A stretch of 24,000 nucleotides of DNA from Rodentibacter caecimuris. Lineage in GTDB: Bacteria; Pseudomonadota; Gammaproteobacteria; Enterobacterales; Pasteurellaceae. The notes beneath the pieces were generated by a model. That model saw only the letters and a list, made by a program, of their open reading frames with translations, was not told the origin of the DNA and did not search any database. Below are positions 8,575-20,805 of the stretch, one piece after another. The stretch lies in NCBI RefSeq assembly GCF_024622045.1, contig NZ_JANKBP010000014.1; one strand, 5' to 3'. Each line of letters starts with the position of its first letter. The first letter of the stretch is position 1. The translations under genes were made by a program, and so were the position numbers.

Positions 8575-8614
8575 AACCCTATAAGAGGTGTAGATTTAAC
8601 ACCATTATAGGGTT
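8575..8614 (-). other. 40-nt stem-loop in the cybC-yafJ spacer (possible cybC terminator or yafJ leader element)
   Basis: In aaccctataagaggtgt-agattta-acaccattatagggtt, a perfect 10-bp outer stem (aaccctataa/ttatagggtt) and a 5-bp inner stem (ggtgt/acacc) flank a 7-nt loop. The minus-strand tail ATTCATTTAG is only moderately U-rich. Confidence 0.45.
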
Positions 8615-8674
8615 GATTTCAAGAGAGATAAGCGGGGATTTTTAGACAAAAAAATTACATAAAATAGCGTAAAG

Positions 8675-9058
8675 CTATTTATATAATTTATGATACATTT
8701 TTCTGAGTTCCGGTAGCTCGTTGAGCTTTTCTTTCGCTTCATTTAATTTATTCTGTTTCGCTAATTCCGATGCTTGCGTGGCAATATCAATGACTTTTTG
8801 TAAACCTTGTTGGTAGCCTGAAAATTGTGAGGTATCGCCGTTCCATTTCGGCGGCAGGGTCGCTTTGGATTTTTCTGCTGCATCAATAAATTTTGTCATG
8901 CTGTTTTGAAATTCTTCAACGGAGTCGGCACGATTAGCAAAATTTAAACGTTGCGCCATAATAATCATTTCATCACGAAGATTAATGGCGTCTGTTGATG
9001 AAGCAAAAGTAGAAATGGCAGTGATGGCAACGGCAATAAAAGTAAAAAGTTTTTTCAT
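8675..9058 (-). CDS. cybC: Soluble cytochrome b562 family protein (periplasmic)
   Basis: It has the signal peptide MKKLFTFIAVAITAISTFA and four-helix-bundle length. The C-terminal RKMYHKLYK compares with E. coli b562 RNAYHKKYR (His ligand), and a Met lies in the first helix. The track start at 9070 is a TTG; I prefer the ATG at 9058. Confidence 0.75.
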   Translation of the reverse strand: MKKLFTFIAVAITAISTFASSTDAINLRDEMIIMAQRLNFANRADSVEEFQNSMTKFIDAAEKSKATLPPKWNGDTSQFSGYQQGLQKVIDIATQASELAKQNKLNEAKEKLNELPELRKMYHKLYK

Positions 9059-9145
9059 AGTATGTTCCAATTTTGTTCCTATATAGAATTGATTATGCTA
9101 TTTAAAAATCAATATGATAAATAGCGGGACAGATTTTATCCTATC

Positions 9146-9180
9146 AGTAAAAATGCGGTCAAATTTAACCGCACTTTTCC
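9146..9180 (-). terminator. Intrinsic terminator after murQ (USS at 9168-9176 paired with a degenerate USS)
   Basis: The minus strand reads aaaagtgcggt-taaatttg-accgcattttt followed by AC. One arm is a perfect USS core and the other carries a 1-nt defect. Confidence 0.7.
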
Positions 9181-9182
9181 CT

Positions 9183-10106
<924 letters not shown>

Positions 10107-10196
10107 TTAAGTGGGTAGGGTGGAAACCATCGTATTATGTTATTGCAAATAATGTGGGATAAATCTCTCGTTTATGTATCGCGTGTGGTTTCTTTT

Positions 10197-11057
10197 TTAC
10201 TTTTTCAAATTTGACCACGCAACCGCAAGCAGGATAATTGAACCGCCGATCAGCATTTTTACGCTAGGCGTTTCGCCAAACAACCACCATGCCAATGCAA
10301 TGCTGTAAACAGGTTCAAGCGAGATAATCATTGAGGCAGTACGGGCGTTGATGGTGTCAAGGCTGGAAATAAACAGAGTATAAGCCACACTGGTGCATAA
10401 AAAACCGATACAGAAGATCCAAAACCAGTCTATTGCCGACACAGCGAATAATTTGTCGCCGGAGAAAGGCAGTAAGAAAATTGCCGCCGCTAAATATTGC
10501 CAAAAACTGGCTTGCAGACCTGAAAGTTTACTCATGCTTTTACGGTTTACCACGGCAAGTATGCCATAAGCAACCGCAGATAAAATGCCCCAGAGTAACC
10601 CTTGGGTATTTTCACTGCTGAAATTGAAATCCGGTGTTACCAAAATTAAACCGATGGTGATGGCTATCAGTAAGATAATATCTTTGGCGTATAATTTTTC
10701 TTTGAAAAAAACAGACTCAAATAGGGCGACAAAAGCGGGAAAACTGGCAAAACCCAGCGTGGCTAATGCTACGCCGCCTACTTTTACGGCGACAAAGAAC
10801 GTAACCCAGTGGATAGCCAGTAACACTCCGGAGAGCATTAGTTGCCCAAATTGCCCTTTCGTTATTTTGGCAAGCGGTTGTTTTTGGTAAAGGAAATATA
10901 AAATTAAAATAGCGGAGGCAATTAAAACCCGTCCGAGTACGAGCGTGTCCGCCTCGCTTGTGGTTAATGCCCCAAAAATGCCGGACGCACCAAAAAGCAC
11001 TGCCGTGCCATGTACTTTTAATAATGCTAAATTGTATTTGTTCATTGAGTTGTACAT
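10197..11057 (-). CDS. EamA/DMT-family inner-membrane transporter
   Basis: 286 aa, about 10 hydrophobic segments, two-EamA-repeat appearance. Substrate unknown. Confidence 0.7.
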   Translation of the reverse strand: MYNSMNKYNLALLKVHGTAVLFGASGIFGALTTSEADTLVLGRVLIASAILILYFLYQKQPLAKITKGQFGQLMLSGVLLAIHWVTFFVAVKVGGVALATLGFASFPAFVALFESVFFKEKLYAKDIILLIAITIGLILVTPDFNFSSENTQGLLWGILSAVAYGILAVVNRKSMSKLSGLQASFWQYLAAAIFLLPFSGDKLFAVSAIDWFWIFCIGFLCTSVAYTLFISSLDTINARTASMIISLEPVYSIALAWWLFGETPSVKMLIGGSIILLAVAWSNLKK

Positions 11058-11082
11058 TGATCAGTGATGACGATATTAGATA

Positions 11083-11116
11083 AACAAAAAAGCGGCAGGT
11101 TATTCTGCCGTTTTTA
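11083..11116 (-). terminator. Intrinsic terminator after ygiC
   Basis: The minus strand reads aaaacggcag-aataac-ctgccg followed by CTTTTTTGTTT. Confidence 0.7.
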
Positions 11117-11156
11117 GTTTCTCAATTTTCCTTTATTTTGTCTGTTCTCGGTTAAA

Positions 11157-12338
11157 TTATGGTACAAAATAATGCGGGACGAAATGACTATCGTTGCCCG
11201 TCACTGCGGTGAAATCTTCACGTAATCCCATGCCGCACGCCACATCACCAATGACCCAAGAGCCGATAACAGGATACATACCATCAAAATTTGGCAGCTC
11301 AAATTTCTGTTGATAAATATAACCGGACGTATCATAGAACGCTGAGTGTTCGCTACCTTTAGCGGCAAATTCTACGCCATTATTTTTTTCATAATAGAAT
11401 AGGTTAGCCCCTTCCCGACCAAGCAGTGGTTTTTTTACCCAAATGGCATTGCGATCGGTAATATCAAATTTGTTGAAATAAGCAGGCAGTAAATTCGGGT
11501 GATTAGGATAACGCTGCCATAATTTTGCGAGTAATGCTTTGTTACTTAATAACATTTTCCAAGCCGGCTCAATAAAATGCGTATTGGCTGTCGGGATATG
11601 TTGAGCAAACTCCGCCCCGCTTAACCATTCCAAAGGATAGAGTTTGAAAAGCATTTCAATCGGCGTGTCGTTTAAATCAACAAATTCTTTGCTGTCTTTG
11701 TTATAACCAATGTCTTCCACTGCAAGTTGGTGGATATGCCAGCCGGCATTATAAGCAACGTCTGCAAGGTAATCTAAATTGCCCCAGTCTTCTCGTCCGG
11801 CTTCTTGCATGGCACTGAAATAGAAATCGCTTTTTCCGCTCTGTTGTTTGAGAAAGCTGAAATGTTTGAGTAATTCTTCGTGGATCCAATTAAATTGGTC
11901 ACGATGTTGTAACCCTTCAATTTGCTCCAGCCATTGCCATTGCACGACAGCGGCCTCTAATAAAGACGTCGGCGTATCGGCATTGTATTCAAACATTTTT
12001 AAATTTTCACCGTCATAACCAAAATCAAAACGTCCGTATAAATAGGGCGCTTGTTTATGCCATGAGTCTTCAATCAGCTGCTTTTGTAAATCGGTGAAAC
12101 GATAATAGGCATAATCGCCTTGCTTGATTTCATCGGCAACAAAATTTAAACACATTGAGTGAAGTTCATTGGTGGTATCTTCAATACGATCGATCTCAGC
12201 CAAGGTAAATTCGTAGGCGACATTATCCGACCAATAGTGAGAACCGTCGCTGGAAGGTAAATTGTAATAATCAAACCCCACATCTAACAGTTGTTGCACC
12301 ATATCAGGGCGGGTAGGAAAACCGCTTATGCGTTTCAT
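11157..12338 (-). CDS. ygiC: Glutathionylspermidine-synthase-family ATP-grasp protein (YgiC/YjfC-like)
   Basis: The motifs NADTPTSLLEAAVVQW, EPAWKMLLSNKALLAKLWQRYPNHPNLLPAYF, KPLLGREGANL and IGSWVIGD..GMGLRED match E. coli YgiC. The ATG at 12338 has a GGAGGG RBS and lies 1 nt after the ygiB stop. The track's 12395 start is an upstream extension. Confidence 0.85.
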   Translation of the reverse strand: MKRISGFPTRPDMVQQLLDVGFDYYNLPSSDGSHYWSDNVAYEFTLAEIDRIEDTTNELHSMCLNFVADEIKQGDYAYYRFTDLQKQLIEDSWHKQAPYLYGRFDFGYDGENLKMFEYNADTPTSLLEAAVVQWQWLEQIEGLQHRDQFNWIHEELLKHFSFLKQQSGKSDFYFSAMQEAGREDWGNLDYLADVAYNAGWHIHQLAVEDIGYNKDSKEFVDLNDTPIEMLFKLYPLEWLSGAEFAQHIPTANTHFIEPAWKMLLSNKALLAKLWQRYPNHPNLLPAYFNKFDITDRNAIWVKKPLLGREGANLFYYEKNNGVEFAAKGSEHSAFYDTSGYIYQQKFELPNFDGMYPVIGSWVIGDVACGMGLREDFTAVTGNDSHFVPHYFVP

Positions 12339-12339
12339 C

Positions 12340-12936
12340 TTACCCTCCGCTACTACGGTTTGAATGGCTTGGGCTGCTAAAGCCGCCGCGTGCAATTGGT
12401 TTGCTGTTCATACTCCCCGCTTTGCCTTTTACCAACATAGGTTTCCCCACAGAACGATTAGTTTGAGGTTGGATAACTTGCCCGCTAGGGGTTGAAACCG
12501 CACGATTGCCCGGATGATAGCTCGGCCCGAGGAAATTACTAATGGCTCGAGCCGCCACATAACCCATCACACCGCCGGCAATAGCAGCACCCAAAGAGGG
12601 ATCGTTGCTTTCTGCGTTGGCGGTGGTTTCTCTGGTCGCGTTATTTTGCTCAGTTTGAGTTTGATTGGCATTTTGCCACTCATTGTTATTGGTATTTTCA
12701 CCGTTATTACGCAATCCTAAACCAGAAAGCGAATTACCGTTTTGTGATTGTTGGTTTACATTTTGCGTTTGCGTATTTTCGGTTGTTTTATCCGCTTCGC
12801 ATAATTCAATTTTTTTCCAATCGGCAAGGCAGTCGTCAAGGGAATGGTACACATCACGTTGTACTTCTTCCTCCGAACAACCGCCAAGTAAGGCGACAAT
12901 AGAGAGTGTAACGAGGATTTGATTTTTCTTTTTCAT
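12340..12936 (-). CDS. ygiB: DUF1190-family lipoprotein (YgiB/YjfM-like) with an N/Q/T-rich low-complexity centre
   Basis: The lipobox is LLGGC (MKKKNQILVTLSIVALLGGCSEE). The C-terminus ARGGFSSPSHSNRSSGG resembles E. coli YgiB ...RGGFGES...SRSMGG. Its ATG overlaps the upstream gene's stop (ATGA). Confidence 0.8.
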   Translation of the reverse strand: MKKKNQILVTLSIVALLGGCSEEEVQRDVYHSLDDCLADWKKIELCEADKTTENTQTQNVNQQSQNGNSLSGLGLRNNGENTNNNEWQNANQTQTEQNNATRETTANAESNDPSLGAAIAGGVMGYVAARAISNFLGPSYHPGNRAVSTPSGQVIQPQTNRSVGKPMLVKGKAGSMNSKPIARGGFSSPSHSNRSSGG

Positions 12937-13637
12937 AATAATAACAGTTCAGTTAAGTGATTGATTTCTAAAGTTGGTAGTAGGGTAGCTGTGGTGAAGT
13001 CAGCGATCTGATTATCAGATAAATTAATCCACACCGCTTGGCAACCCGCTTGGATTGCTCCCTGTACATCCGTGGTTAGGTGATCGCCCACATGCAGAAT
13101 TTCCTGTGGTGAAACATTAAAATAATCGGCGGTTTGTAGGAATAAATCTTTGTGGGGTTTCGCTCTACCATGCTCGCCGCCACGCAGAACCAGATCAAAT
13201 TGTGATAAACCTATGCGTGAAGGAGCAACGTTGCCATTTGTAATAACACTGAGCTTATAGCGGTTTTTTAATTCATTTAGTATGCGAAATGTCTCTTGCG
13301 GTAAATGAATTTGATGACGCCAATGCAGAAATTCATTCATCGCAAGGGATAAAGTGCGGTCAATTTCTACCGCACTTTTGTTTTGTGCATGTAAAAATTG
13401 GCGTAATGCTTCTTTTCGCCACTCTGTTACATTTTCGCTTAATAGCGGATTTTCCTGTGCGATACGATCTTTCCAAGCCAACCATTCCGTTTCAAAGGTA
13501 GGGCATTGGGTTAGGGTTTGTGTGTATTGTACAAACCGTGAAACCGCGCGGCGAATCACATCACGGTTGTCATAAAGGGTGTCGTCCAAATCAAAGCTGA
13601 TGACTTTGAAAGGATTCGGATTGCGGTAAAATTTCAT
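12933..13637 (-). CDS. yigB: HAD-superfamily phosphatase, YigB-like
   Basis: [31 protein letters not shown] compares with E. coli YigB [28 protein letters not shown]. It carries the HAD motifs DLDDT, ITNG and [11 protein letters not shown]. Confidence 0.8.
   Translation of the reverse strand: [234 protein letters not shown]
13351..13378. repeat. Inverted USS pair embedded in the yigB-like CDS
   Basis: In aaagtgcggt-caatttct-accgcacttt, cores lie at 13352-13360 (+) and 13369-13377 (-), giving a perfect 10-bp stem. In frame it encodes [11 protein letters not shown]. Confidence 0.95.
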
Positions 13638-14057
13638 TTATTTGATGGTTTTCACGCCAAGCCATTGCTCGGCTTTTTCATTGGTGATTTCTTCCCTTGT
13701 CCACATACTCATTAAATTCGGTTGTGGATGTTTGCTACTGTTATAACCGACTAAACGGGCAAAATCAAATACTGCGTGCGGATAACCATTAATTAAAAGT
13801 AATGCCAAATAACCGGTTTCATCCCAACAGATTTCCAATTTGCGGGCCTCATGATGATTTGAGGTGGAATCCACATTATAAATGTGTAGGACATCAACGA
13901 TCGGTTGGGCATTTTGGCGCATATCCAACGCATAAAAATAGCCGGTTTCGCCGTCATCTTCAAACATCACGGCAAGGTGATCATACTGGGTTGAATGAGT
14001 GCCGACTTGTTTGGGTTGTCCGAGGAAGAGTTGATCCTCAAGGGTGAGATGTAACAT
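13638..14057 (-). CDS. Conserved hypothetical protein, 139 aa (possibly DUF2251 family; family assignment from memory, uncertain)
   Basis: The ORF sits 8 nt downstream of the Nudix stop, with an AGGA RBS overlapping that stop. Its own stop abuts the ATG of the next gene. I recognise no catalytic motif. Confidence 0.6.
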   Translation of the reverse strand: MLHLTLEDQLFLGQPKQVGTHSTQYDHLAVMFEDDGETGYFYALDMRQNAQPIVDVLHIYNVDSTSNHHEARKLEICWDETGYLALLLINGYPHAVFDFARLVGYNSSKHPQPNLMSMWTREEITNEKAEQWLGVKTIK

Positions 14058-14065
14058 AATTTTTC

Positions 14066-14704
14066 CTAATCAAATAGTGTTGTCCACGATTTACTATGGC
14101 GTGCTTGAAAACAAAGTGCAATTTGCGCAGCTGTGTTTTTGGCTTCGTCTAAGGGTGGCAGTTCATCTAACGCAAAATAATCGGATTGCAAGGTTTCGCT
14201 GTTTGATTGAAATTCACCACTTAATTGCTCACACATCACAAAGGTTTTTAATACACGATAGGCAAAAGGCGGAAAATTGTGTTTATGTTGATCGTGAATG
14301 GCAATAATGAAAGTGGGCTCTACCTCAAGTCCCGCTTCTTCTTTTACTTCTTTTATTGTATTGCTATGAATGGTTTCCAATACATCACACCAACCGCTGG
14401 GTAACGACCAAAGCCCATCATTTTCTTGCACCAGCAAAATTTTATCGTTTTGGAAAATTACCGCACGTGTATCTACTTTGGGCGTTTGATAGCCCTCTTC
14501 ACTGCAAAAAAGATTTTTCACTGTTTCTGTTGGGAGTGCCGTTTTATAGCTTAGCATTTCTGCAGAGAGATCACGTAAGCGTTCATAACGTTCAATATCG
14601 TAGATATTTTTACAATAAGTGAGACCGTTTTGTGCAATGCTTTGGATTTCAATCGCCCAAGTGAGCCAAGGCTCGGTTAGCAGTGAATGAGTGGGTATAG
14701 TCAT
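14066..14704 (-). CDS. NUDIX hydrolase with a Nudix_N-type N-terminal domain
   Basis: The Nudix box is GWCDVLETIHSNTIKEVKEEAGLEV (G-x5-E-x7-[RK]-E-x2-EE-x-G). The N-terminal IAQNGLTYCKNIYDIERYERL is typical of the NUDIX N-terminal domain. An AAGGTG RBS is present. Confidence 0.8.
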   Translation of the reverse strand: MTIPTHSLLTEPWLTWAIEIQSIAQNGLTYCKNIYDIERYERLRDLSAEMLSYKTALPTETVKNLFCSEEGYQTPKVDTRAVIFQNDKILLVQENDGLWSLPSGWCDVLETIHSNTIKEVKEEAGLEVEPTFIIAIHDQHKHNFPPFAYRVLKTFVMCEQLSGEFQSNSETLQSDYFALDELPPLDEAKNTAAQIALCFQARHSKSWTTLFD

Positions 14705-14712
14705 AAAAACAC

Positions 14713-14750
14713 CTTAAAAAAACACCGCACTTTTTCCTAAAAGTGCGGTG
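14713..14750 (-). terminator. Intrinsic terminator after eno, formed by an inverted USS pair
   Basis: The 12-bp stem caccgcactttt/aaaagtgcggtg has a 4-nt loop. USS cores lie at 14724-14732 (-) and 14741-14749 (+). A minus-strand T7 tail follows. Confidence 0.85.
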
Positions 14751-14776
14751 CGATTTCGGTTTAAATCAACCAAAGA

Positions 14777-16099
<1,323 letters not shown>

Positions 16100-16241
16100 C
16101 TATTTAAGACTAACAAAAGATACTGGCGCATATATTAGAATGAATTTCAGAATTTGTCTCTTAAAAAATATGATATTGATAAATAAACATTATAAATACA
16201 ACAAAAACTAAACAATCCCGATACAAGTTTGAATCATTTTA

Positions 16242-16269
16242 TTGTCATAAATCTATTTTAGAATAAATT
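16242..16269 (+). promoter_or_regulatory. Candidate sigma70 promoter for the GDPD gene
   Basis: TTGTCA, 16-nt spacer, TAAATT, about 30 nt upstream of the AGGAG RBS. Sequence inspection only. Confidence 0.3.
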
Positions 16270-16301
16270 CAGCGATATACCGCCTAATATAGGAGATTAT
16301 T

Positions 16302-17204
16302 ATGTTTATTTACCGAATTTTATTTTCCGCATCGATGATTATATTCCTGCCGAAAATCTTGTATGCAACTGAATTATCCTTTTCAAGTTCTGCTCAACAG
16401 TTACAATTGATTGCTCATCGCGCCGGAAAAGATGATGCTCCCGAAAATACTTCATTTGCAATCAATGAAGCGCTGAAAAATAAAGCAGATGCAATTTGGA
16501 TTACTATTCAATTATCAAAAGATAACATTCCCGTTCTATATCGTCCTAAAGATTTATCGGTAAATACCAATGCTAAAGGGGTTGTCTCAGAATATTCTGC
16601 CGCTGAATTAAAAAAATTGGATGCGGCATATTATTTCAAACCGAATGATGGTTACCCCTATCGCAATAAAGATATTGGTATTCCCAGTTTAGACGATATT
16701 TTAACGTCTTATCCGGAAACCTTTTTCTATTTGGATCTCAAATCGCCCGATGCTGATCCTATCAGTATGAAAAATGCGCTGCTACAAGTGCTGACTAAAC
16801 ATAAGGCGTTTAACCGAGTGAGAGTGTATTCTACAAACAAAGCATTTACAGAGATGTTATCAGCGGAAATACCGGTTTTTGCTCCACGGGATCTTACCCG
16901 ACAATATTTAGTCGAAACGGCATTAAATAGTAATCACTGCCCGACACCGTTAAAAGCGGAATATTGGCACGGCTTTGAACTTTATCGGAAAGTTAAAGTT
17001 GTTGAAACTTTTACATTGGGAGAAGGGATAAGTGAAGCACTACTGGCTTGGTCAGCGGAAGATATAAAATGTTTTAGACAAACACCCCAACATATTATTT
17101 TATTCGGTATAAAAACCAAAGAAGATCTGGATTTGGTTAGTAAATTAGGGGTTGATGGTGTGATGGTTGATTCTCCTAAATACTTTTCTTCTTTAATGCA
17201 TTAA
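16302..17204 (+). CDS. Exported glycerophosphodiester phosphodiesterase (GDPD) family protein
   Basis: The N-terminal hydrophobic signal is MFIYRILFSASMIIFLPKILYA-TE. The GDPD catalytic motif is LIAHRAGKDDAPENT. An AGGAG RBS sits 6 nt upstream. Confidence 0.8.
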   Translation: MFIYRILFSASMIIFLPKILYATELSFSSSAQQLQLIAHRAGKDDAPENTSFAINEALKNKADAIWITIQLSKDNIPVLYRPKDLSVNTNAKGVVSEYSAAELKKLDAAYYFKPNDGYPYRNKDIGIPSLDDILTSYPETFFYLDLKSPDADPISMKNALLQVLTKHKAFNRVRVYSTNKAFTEMLSAEIPVFAPRDLTRQYLVETALNSNHCPTPLKAEYWHGFELYRKVKVVETFTLGEGISEALLAWSAEDIKCFRQTPQHIILFGIKTKEDLDLVSKLGVDGVMVDSPKYFSSLMH

Positions 17205-17243
17205 TACTTTAGTATTCAGTAATCGAATCAAACATGATTATTC

Positions 17244-17288
17244 ATAAGTGCGGTCAAAATTCTCACTCAATTTTAACCGCACTTTATC
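17244..17288. terminator. Bidirectional terminator (GDPD / purB convergent) formed by an inverted USS pair
   Basis: USS cores lie at 17246-17254 (+) and 17276-17284 (-). The stem extends through aaaatt/aatttt, and the loop contains AAATTCTCA. Confidence 0.75.
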
Positions 17289-17296
17289 ATGCTAAA

Positions 17297-18694
<1,398 letters not shown>

Positions 18695-18708
18695 TCATTA
18701 AGAATAAA

Positions 18709-19329
18709 TTAATAAATTGTTGAATAGATTTCCTTCGCGGCATTAATTATTTTGCCGCGGAAGAATAATAACCGCCATTTATTGCCGCCTACTTGCCGCC
18801 ATAGTACGGCAGAGCGAATGCCGGCAAGCAAGCAGGTTCGAACTTTGTCTTGTACAAATTGTTGTTGTAGATAATTTTCCTCACCAATAATATGAATTTT
18901 TCGTCCTAAAGGGCTGATGATGTCAATATAAATATTAGCCATGATAGACAGCATCTGTTCGTCAAGCAATTTATGGTATGTCAGTTGTTCCTGTAAGCGT
19001 TGAATACGTTTTACCAGTTCGGCCTTTGCCTCGGGATTTTTATGTAGGATACTTTCTAAGCCAAGTAAACCGCTCCAATAATTCACGATATTTCTATCAT
19101 CAAGCGTAGATAGCTGTTCAATGAGGGTTTCCAAACCCAGTTTCAAATGCTGAATTTGCCCGCCAAAAACAGCCAGGGTGTTTTCCGGTTGGGTCTGAAA
19201 AAGGGAATTGATAGTCGCGTGAAAAGCATCCCGGTTTTCCACAGTGCCTTTCATTGCAAGCTGATTGACTAATGCTGTGGATTGATAAATGCCGGCTAGA
19301 GCCAGCGCCATATCATGGTAATTTGTCAT
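18709..19329 (-). CDS. hflD: High frequency of lysogenization protein HflD
   Basis: MTNYHDMALALAGIYQSTALVNQLA... and LLAGIRSAVLWRQVGG match E. coli/Haemophilus HflD. The hflD-purB order is conserved as in E. coli. The track start at 19383 is an upstream extension. Confidence 0.88.
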   Translation of the reverse strand: MTNYHDMALALAGIYQSTALVNQLAMKGTVENRDAFHATINSLFQTQPENTLAVFGGQIQHLKLGLETLIEQLSTLDDRNIVNYWSGLLGLESILHKNPEAKAELVKRIQRLQEQLTYHKLLDEQMLSIMANIYIDIISPLGRKIHIIGEENYLQQQFVQDKVRTCLLAGIRSAVLWRQVGGNKWRLLFFRGKIINAAKEIYSTIY

Positions 19330-19373
19330 ATAAAAATGTAATAGGCGTGATAAAACAGGCTGAAATTGCGCGC

Positions 19374-19402
19374 AATATAGCATTTTTACCGTCTGTTTTG
19401 AA
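19374..19402 (-). promoter_or_regulatory. Candidate promoter for hflD-purB (extended -10)
   Basis: The minus strand reads TTCAAA, 17-nt spacer ending in TGC, then TATATT. Sequence inspection only. Confidence 0.4.
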
Positions 19403-19476
19403 CTATCTCATTAAAAAAGAAGCTATCTTTTGATATGATACCGACAATTTATTTTCAAGATGAAAAAGGATAAGTT

Positions 19477-20481
19477 ATGGCAAAACCAATCGTATTTAGC
19501 GGAGTGCAGCCTTCCGGCGAGTTGACTATCGGGAACTATTTAGGCGCGTTGCGCAATTGGGTAAAAATGCAAGAGGATTATGAGTGTATTTTCTGTGTGG
19601 TTGATTTACATGCGATCACGGTGCGTCAAGATCCCGCCGCGCTTCGTAAGGCAACCCTTGATGTTGTGGCGCTATATTTAGCCTGCGGTATTGATCCGAA
19701 CAAAGCGACAATTTTTGTTCAATCCCATGTTCCGGAACATACCCAATTAAGCTGGGTACTGAATTGTTATACTTATTTTGGTGAAATGAGCCGTATGACC
19801 CAATTTAAAGATAAATCGGCACGTTATGCGGAAAATATTAATGTGGGTTTGTTTGATTATCCGGTATTGATGGCGGCGGATATTTTGCTTTATCAAGCAA
19901 AAAATGTGCCGGTTGGCGATGATCAAAAACAACATCTGGAAATCACACGCGATATTGCCAATCGCTTTAATGCCCTTTATGGGGATATTTTTACTATTCC
20001 TGAAATTTTTATCGGTAAAGCCGGCGCACGTATTATGTCATTGCAGGATCCGGAAAAGAAAATGTCAAAATCCGATGATAACCGCAATAATGTGGTGACA
20101 CTTTTAGAAGATCCAAAATCCGTGGCGAAGAAAATTAAACGTGCAGTGACCGATTCTGATGAGCCGCCGGTAGTTCGTTATGATGTGAAAAACAAAGCCG
20201 GCGTATCGAATTTATTGGATATTCTTTCTGCCGTAACGGATAAATCTATTGCGGAATTAGAGCAGGAGTTTGAAGGAAAAATGTACGGTCATTTAAAAAC
20301 GGCGGTGGCTGATGAAGTGTCCGGGTTACTTGTCGGCTTACAAAAGCGTTTCCAAGAATATCGTAATAACGAAACGTTGCTTGATGATGTACTTCGTCAA
20401 GGTGCGTTAAAAGCACGGGCTAAAGCACAGGAAACCTTGGCAAAAGTGTATGACGCAGTAGGTTTTGTTGCGGCAAAATAA
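19477..20481 (+). CDS. trpS: Tryptophan--tRNA ligase
   Basis: Class I signatures are present: the HIGH-like [10 protein letters not shown] and KMSKS (KKMSKSD). 334 aa, AAGGA RBS. Confidence 0.97.
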   Translation: MAKPIVFSGVQPSGELTIGNYLGALRNWVKMQEDYECIFCVVDLHAITVRQDPAALRKATLDVVALYLACGIDPNKATIFVQSHVPEHTQLSWVLNCYTYFGEMSRMTQFKDKSARYAENINVGLFDYPVLMAADILLYQAKNVPVGDDQKQHLEITRDIANRFNALYGDIFTIPEIFIGKAGARIMSLQDPEKKMSKSDDNRNNVVTLLEDPKSVAKKIKRAVTDSDEPPVVRYDVKNKAGVSNLLDILSAVTDKSIAELEQEFEGKMYGHLKTAVADEVSGLLVGLQKRFQEYRNNETLLDDVLRQGALKARAKAQETLAKVYDAVGFVAAK

Positions 20482-20509
20482 GGCTTACAACTTAAAAAAG
20501 GAGCGAAAT

Positions 20510-20800
20510 ATGGCAATTCAAACGGAAAAACCGATTGAGTGTGTAGGGTGCAACACTTTTGATATGAAATCGTTGTTTGATAATCGGGATTGCACGCAAG
20601 AGATTCATTATCTTTACGATACACAGGAACAAGCGCAAACCGCGTTAGATTTTTTTACCCAGAAAGCCCGTGAAATTGAAAGTGAACCTTGTGAAATTCA
20701 GGCGGAAATCAGCAAAGCGGAAGACGGCTATTTGTTAAAAGCGAAACTGACTTTCTGCTGTCAAGCCGAGTTAGTCATTTTTCAAATGAAAATTAGCTAA
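20510..20800 (+). CDS. yfcZ: YfcZ/YiiS family protein (DUF406)
   Basis: Compare [14 protein letters not shown]...DCT...ESEPCEI...[14 protein letters not shown] with E. coli YfcZ ...ETPVCCC...DCTASY...ESEPCKI...FTFACEAEMLIFQL. An AAGGAG RBS precedes the ATG at 20510. The track start at 20465 overlaps the trpS end. Confidence 0.8.
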   Translation: MAIQTEKPIECVGCNTFDMKSLFDNRDCTQEIHYLYDTQEQAQTALDFFTQKAREIESEPCEIQAEISKAEDGYLLKAKLTFCCQAELVIFQMKIS

Positions 20801-20805
20801 AGCAA

